A stretch of DNA of 41,870 bases from Stenotrophobium sp. (GTDB lineage Bacteria; Pseudomonadota; Gammaproteobacteria; Nevskiales; Nevskiaceae), in contig JBOICL010000118.1 of assembly GCA_050740055.1 (NCBI GenBank), forward strand, positions 1-41,870. The letters are read 5' to 3'. A program made the position numbers and the translations under genes. This document shows, piece after piece, positions 37,708 to 41,870 of this stretch. The notes under the pieces are model-generated. The model saw nothing but the letters and a program-made list of their open reading frames with translations, made no database searches and was not told the DNA's origin. The stretch's first letter is position 1. Every line of letters starts with the position of its first letter.

Positions 37708-38346
37708 TCAGTTGAACAGCCAAGGCGCTTCGATGCGCCGTTTCGCTTCATACGCCTTGATCGCGTCCGCGTGCTGTAACGTCAAGGCAATCTCGTCGAG
37801 GCCGCGTACCAGGCAATCCTTGCGGAAAGCGTCGATCTCGAACCCGAACTGCCTGCCATCCGGCAGCCTCACTTCCTGCGCCGGCAGGTCGATGGTGAAC
37901 TGCGCGGCTGGATTCTTCTCCACACTCTCAAAAATCACCTGCACGTCCTCCGGCTTCAGGGTGATTGGCAAAAATCCGTTCTTGAAACTGTTGTTGAAGA
38001 AGATGTCGGCATAGCTCGGCGCGATCACCGCGCGGAAGCCGTAATCCTCCAGCGCCCACACCGCGTGCTCACGGGAGGAACCACAGCCGAAATTCTCGCG
38101 CGATACCAGTATCTGTGCGCCGCGATGCTCGGACTTGTTCAGCACGAAATCGGGGTTGGGCCGGCGCTTGGCCACGGAAATATCGAGATCGCCCTTGTCC
38201 AGATAGCGCCAGTCATCGAACAGGTACTGGCCGAAGCCGGTGCGCTTGATCGACTTCAGGTACTGCTTGGGGATGATCGCGTCAGTATCGACGTTGGGAC
38301 GATCCATGGGTGCAATTATCGAAGTTATTTTATTAAATGATTTCAT
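37708..38346 (-). CDS. leuD: 3-isopropylmalate dehydratase small subunit
   Basis: [22 protein letters not shown]. Confidence 0.98.
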   Translation of the reverse strand: MKSFNKITSIIAPMDRPNVDTDAIIPKQYLKSIKRTGFGQYLFDDWRYLDKGDLDISVAKRRPNPDFVLNKSEHRGAQILVSRENFGCGSSREHAVWALEDYGFRAVIAPSYADIFFNNSFKNGFLPITLKPEDVQVIFESVEKNPAAQFTIDLPAQEVRLPDGRQFGFEIDAFRKDCLVRGLDEIALTLQHADAIKAYEAKRRIEAPWLFN

Positions 38347-38397
38347 AATATTAAGTTACATATTTAATAAATTAAATGAGCTTTAGAGAAATTAAAT

Positions 38398-39816
38398 TTA
38401 CGACCCACCGAAAACGCGCACGTCGACGAAGTGACCGGCAACACCAGCCGCTGCCGCCATCGCCGGCGACACTAGGTGCGTGCGTCCACCCTGCCCCTGA
38501 CGGCCTTCGAAATTGCGGTTGCTGGTGCTGGCACAGCGCTCGCCCGGCTCCAGTCGGTCGGCGTTCATCGCCAGACACATCGAACAACCCGGCTCGCGCC
38601 ACTCGAAGCCGGCGGCGATGAAAACCTTGTCCAGACCTTCGGCCTCGGCCTGCTGTTTCACCAGACCGGAACCCGGCACCACCATCGCCAGTTTGACGTT
38701 GGCGGCGCGCTGCTTGCCCTTGACCACGCTGGCTGCCGCGCGCAAATCCTCGATACGCGAGTTGGTGCAGGAGCCGATGAACACCTTGTCGATGCTGATC
38801 TGCTCGATGGGCGTGTTGGCGGACAGGCCCATGTAGGCCAACGCCTTTTCCATGCCCGAACGCTTTACTGCATCGCCGACCTGTGCTGGATCGGGCACGC
38901 GCGCACCAACCGGCAACACCATCTCGGGCGAAGTGCCCCAGGTCACCTGCGGCTGAATGCTCGCGGCGTCGATCACGACCTCGCGGTCGAACTTTGCGCC
39001 GTCGTCACTGTGCAGGGTCTTCCACCAGGCGATGGCCTTGTCCATGCTCTCGCCCTTGGGCGAGAACGGGCGGCCCTTCACGTACTCGATGGTCGTGTCG
39101 TCCACGGCGATCATGCCGGCACGTGCGCCGCCCTCGATCGCCATGTTGCAAACCGTCATGCGGCCTTCCATCGACAACGCACGGATCGCCTCGCCTGCGA
39201 ACTCGACGGTATAGCCGGTGCCTCCGGCAGTGCCGATTTCGCCAATGATCGCCAACACGATGTCCTTGGCGGTGATGCCGGGGCCGACGTGACCGCGCAC
39301 GGTGATGCGCATGTTCTTCGATTTCTTCAACACCAGCGTTTGGGTTGCCAGCGCATGCTCGACCTCGGAGGTACCGATACCGAAAGCCAGCGCGCCAAAC
39401 GCGCCGTGCGTGGAAGTGTGCGAGTCGCCGCAGACCACGGTCATGCCCGGCAAGGTCGCGCCCTGTTCGGGGCCGATGACGTGCACGATGCCCTGGCGCA
39501 AGTCGTTCATGCGAAATTCGGTGATACCGAACTCGGCGCAGTTACTGTCCAGCGCATCCACCTGCGCGCGCGAAATCGGATCGGCGATGCCCTTGCTGCG
39601 GTCGGTGGTCGGCACGTTGTGGTCGGCCACAGCCAGGTTGGCGTGCAGGCGCCAGGGCTGGCGGCCATTCAGGCGCAGGCCGTCGAAGGCCTGCGGACTG
39701 GTGACTTCGTGCACCAGATGGCGATCGACGTAAATCAGCGCGGAACCGTCGCCGTTGTCGCGCACCACGTGTGCATCCCACAGCTTGTCGTACAGAGTTT
39801 TAGCGGTTTTGGTCAT
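38398..39816 (-). CDS. leuC: 3-isopropylmalate dehydratase large subunit
   Basis: [39 protein letters not shown]. Confidence 0.98.
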   Translation of the reverse strand: MTKTAKTLYDKLWDAHVVRDNGDGSALIYVDRHLVHEVTSPQAFDGLRLNGRQPWRLHANLAVADHNVPTTDRSKGIADPISRAQVDALDSNCAEFGITEFRMNDLRQGIVHVIGPEQGATLPGMTVVCGDSHTSTHGAFGALAFGIGTSEVEHALATQTLVLKKSKNMRITVRGHVGPGITAKDIVLAIIGEIGTAGGTGYTVEFAGEAIRALSMEGRMTVCNMAIEGGARAGMIAVDDTTIEYVKGRPFSPKGESMDKAIAWWKTLHSDDGAKFDREVVIDAASIQPQVTWGTSPEMVLPVGARVPDPAQVGDAVKRSGMEKALAYMGLSANTPIEQISIDKVFIGSCTNSRIEDLRAAASVVKGKQRAANVKLAMVVPGSGLVKQQAEAEGLDKVFIAAGFEWREPGCSMCLAMNADRLEPGERCASTSNRNFEGRQGQGGRTHLVSPAMAAAAGVAGHFVDVRVFGGS

Positions 39817-39889
39817 GTGTCACCTCTTGATGGCGCGCATCTTAGGGCGGACTCATCAATAACTCCAATGAATCGTTTTTATATAATAT

Positions 39890-39904
39890 ATTCCATAAAG
39901 TAAT
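39890..39904. promoter_or_regulatory. Candidate LysR T-N11-A box in the leuC/lysR divergent region
   Basis: ATTCCATAAAGTAAT (ATT-N9-AAT) in an AT-rich divergent promoter. Confidence 0.4.
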
Positions 39905-39922
39905 TAATTAACGGATAGCCGC

Positions 39923-40786
39923 ATGGATACCCAAGCCCTGGCCGCCTTTGTCGAAGTCGCCGAATCCGGCTCGTTCTCGCGCGCCGGCGAAACCCTGCAC
40001 CTGTCGCAGCCGGCCATCAGCAAGCGCATCGCCGTGCTGGAAGAACAACTGGGCAAGCCGCTATTCGACCGCGTCGGCCGCAGCATCAGCCTCACCGATG
40101 CCGGGCGCACCCTGCTGCCCTACGCCAAGCGCGCACTGCACGACATGGAAGACGGCCGCCGCGCGCTATCGCACCTGTCGGACCAGGTGAGCGGCCGGCT
40201 GTCCATCGGCACCAGCCACCACATCGGTCTGCACCGGCTGCCGCCGGTGCTGCGCGAGTTCACCCGGCGGTATCCCGGCGTCGATCTCGACATCCATTTC
40301 ATGGACTCGGAAATCGCCTGCCAGCAGGTGCTGGCGGGCAAACTCGAACTGGGCATCGTCACCCTGCCTGCGCAACCACTGCCGCACCTGGAGATGCGCC
40401 TGATCTGGCCCGACCCGATGACCGTAGTCATTGCGCCGGATCATCCGCTGGCAAAGAGAACGAAGGTGAAATTGCCCGAACTGGCCGAATACCCGGCAGT
40501 GATGCCCGACGAATCCACCTACACGCACCGCATCGTCAAGGCCGAACTGCAGAAGCACGGCGTCGCGCCGCATATTCGCCTCGCCACCAACTATCTCGAA
40601 ACGCTGAAGATGCTGGTGGAAATCGGCCTGGGCTGGAGCGTTCTGCCACGCTCGATGCTGGGACCATCCATCCAGTCACTGGAAGTCAGCGGTCTGTCCA
40701 TGCAGCGCGAACTCGGCGCGGTCTGGCACGAGCGGCGCACGCTTTCAGGAGGCGCGCATGCTTTATTGAAGCAACTGGAAGATTAG
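39923..40786 (+). CDS. LysR-family regulator divergent from leuC
   Basis: SFSRAGETLHLSQPAISKRI..LE HTH, LTDAG. Confidence 0.95.
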   Translation: MDTQALAAFVEVAESGSFSRAGETLHLSQPAISKRIAVLEEQLGKPLFDRVGRSISLTDAGRTLLPYAKRALHDMEDGRRALSHLSDQVSGRLSIGTSHHIGLHRLPPVLREFTRRYPGVDLDIHFMDSEIACQQVLAGKLELGIVTLPAQPLPHLEMRLIWPDPMTVVIAPDHPLAKRTKVKLPELAEYPAVMPDESTYTHRIVKAELQKHGVAPHIRLATNYLETLKMLVEIGLGWSVLPRSMLGPSIQSLEVSGLSMQRELGAVWHERRTLSGGAHALLKQLED

Positions 40787-40959
40787 ATGGCCTGCTTTCA
40801 GGCGAACATCGCAATGTGGGATTCATAGTCGAAATAATTCAAGGCGGCCCGTATATTTGGCATGGCGTAAGCTAACTTAAGGTACCTGCATAGCCGATAC
40901 GCTGGCCGGCTACGAGACATGCGAATAGTCGGCGACTTTCTTCACGGAGGAATCGAACG

Positions 40960-41658
40960 ATGAATAAGCAACCCACGATTGTTCTGGTACATGGCTTCTG
41001 GGGTGGCGCTGCCCATTGGAGCAAGGTCATTGTCGAACTCACACGCAAAGGCTATGGCTCGATTCGCGCTGTTGAACTTCCGCTGACCTCACTGGCCGAC
41101 GATGCCGAACGCACCCGCAAGATGGTTGCGCAGGTGAGCGGTCCGGTTCTGCTGGTCGGTCACTCTTACGGTGGTGCCGTCATCACCGAAGCTGGCAATC
41201 AGCCCAATGTGATCGGACTGGTCTACATCGCAGCGTTCGCGCCGGACGCAGGCGAGAGTCCGGGCGCCATCACCCAGCAGCACCTACCGGTCGGCGCACC
41301 CAATCTCGCGCCTGACAGCGATGGCTATCTGTGGGTCAAGCCCGAAAAGTTTCACGAGAGCTTTTGCCAGGACCTGACGCCGGACGAAGGTCTGGTGATG
41401 GGTGTGACGCAGAAAGCACCGCTGGCCAGCACCTTTGACGACAACGTCACCGTGCCGGCTTGGAAGAAGAAACCTTCTTGGTATCAGATCTCAAGTGAAG
41501 ACCGGATGATCGCGCCTGAAAACCAGAAGCGCATGTCGTCGCGGCTTGGTGCTAGGAAGGTCATTACCCTATCAGCGAGTCATGCGTCGCTGGCGTCTAA
41601 ACCGGTTGAGGTCTCTGCGCTGATTGCCGAGGCGGCGTCCGAAGCAATAAAGAACTGA
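40960..41658 (+). CDS. Alpha/beta hydrolase
   Basis: LVHGFW, GHSYGG nucleophile elbow, EDRMI, ASHAS. Confidence 0.92.
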   Translation: MNKQPTIVLVHGFWGGAAHWSKVIVELTRKGYGSIRAVELPLTSLADDAERTRKMVAQVSGPVLLVGHSYGGAVITEAGNQPNVIGLVYIAAFAPDAGESPGAITQQHLPVGAPNLAPDSDGYLWVKPEKFHESFCQDLTPDEGLVMGVTQKAPLASTFDDNVTVPAWKKKPSWYQISSEDRMIAPENQKRMSSRLGARKVITLSASHASLASKPVEVSALIAEAASEAIKN

Positions 41659-41678
41659 CCAAGGGATTCAAAACAGTC

Positions 41679-41785
41679 GCCCGCTCTTGTTTATCGGATA
41701 GCAATATCCGTTTTTATTTATTTAATATTTCAAATAGCAATAAATAGATTAAAACGAATCTCACAGCTAAACAGCAAGAGCGGGT
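41679..41785. repeat. 107-bp intergenic element, copy 4
   Basis: GCCCGCTCTTG...CAAGAGCGGGT; AT core 41709-41756 bounded by CGTTT/AAACG. Confidence 0.85.
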
Positions 41786-41802
41786 GAAACCCAACGCCCC
41801 TG

Positions 41803-41870
41803 TTAGCCGGCCTGCACCGATCCCGGAATCCTCGGCGTCGTCGGCGTCACGTCCGCGTTCTGCCCACGGT
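41803..41870 (-). CDS. aroC: Chorismate synthase, 3' end only
   Basis: Frame RGQNADVTPTTPRIPGSVQAG* resembles the AroC C-terminal R-x-QNADV motif; only 21 codons are visible. Confidence 0.6.
   Translation of the reverse strand, partial: RGQNADVTPTTPRIPGSVQAG

Noticed and set aside
38476..39903. Long antisense ORFs here and opposite DUF4331, the thiolase and trpB
   Set aside because: These are expected shadows of GC-rich codon usage opposite confidently identified genes.
16087..41785. 108-bp elements as integron attC sites or a CRISPR array
   Set aside because: They lack RYYYAAC/GTTRRRY ends, and no integrase or cas genes are present. They are dispersed among housekeeping genes rather than arrayed.

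Overview
GC-rich gammaproteobacterial chromosomal window with three parts. (1) 193-8808: an apparently complete 8.6-kb Tn3-family transposon with 38-bp IRs, tnpA, res, a RelE/ParE-type toxin-antitoxin pair and tnpR. Its cargo is hypothetical-padR-doxX-multicopper oxidase-chrA. It also carries relics of an older Tn21/Tn501-type element: an orphan IR and a collapsed tnpA. There is no target duplication, and a gene is cut at the left end. (2) ~8.8-18.8 kb: rdgC, a HEXXH peptidase and a thiolase, then an uncharacterised envelope module. The module comprises a TonB-receptor relic, DUF4331, a lipoprotein, an ECF sigma with an RskA-type anti-sigma, a TPR protein and HupE/UreJ. Three of its transcription units share the motif TGCATC(C/T)-N16-CGTA. 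(3) ~19-41.9 kb: housekeeping genes (dusA, ppi, lpxH, purF-cvpA-dedD-folC-accD-trpABF-truA-fimV-asd-leuBDC, LysR, hydrolase, aroC 3' end). The most striking unexplained signal is a dispersed 107-108-bp intergenic element, with 4 full copies plus a probable half copy at the transposon end. Its geometry is fixed: ACCCGCTCT, 21 variable bp, a 48-bp AT-rich YGT...ACR core, 21 variable bp, AGAGCGGGT. All family assignments come from motif recognition and recall, not database searches.
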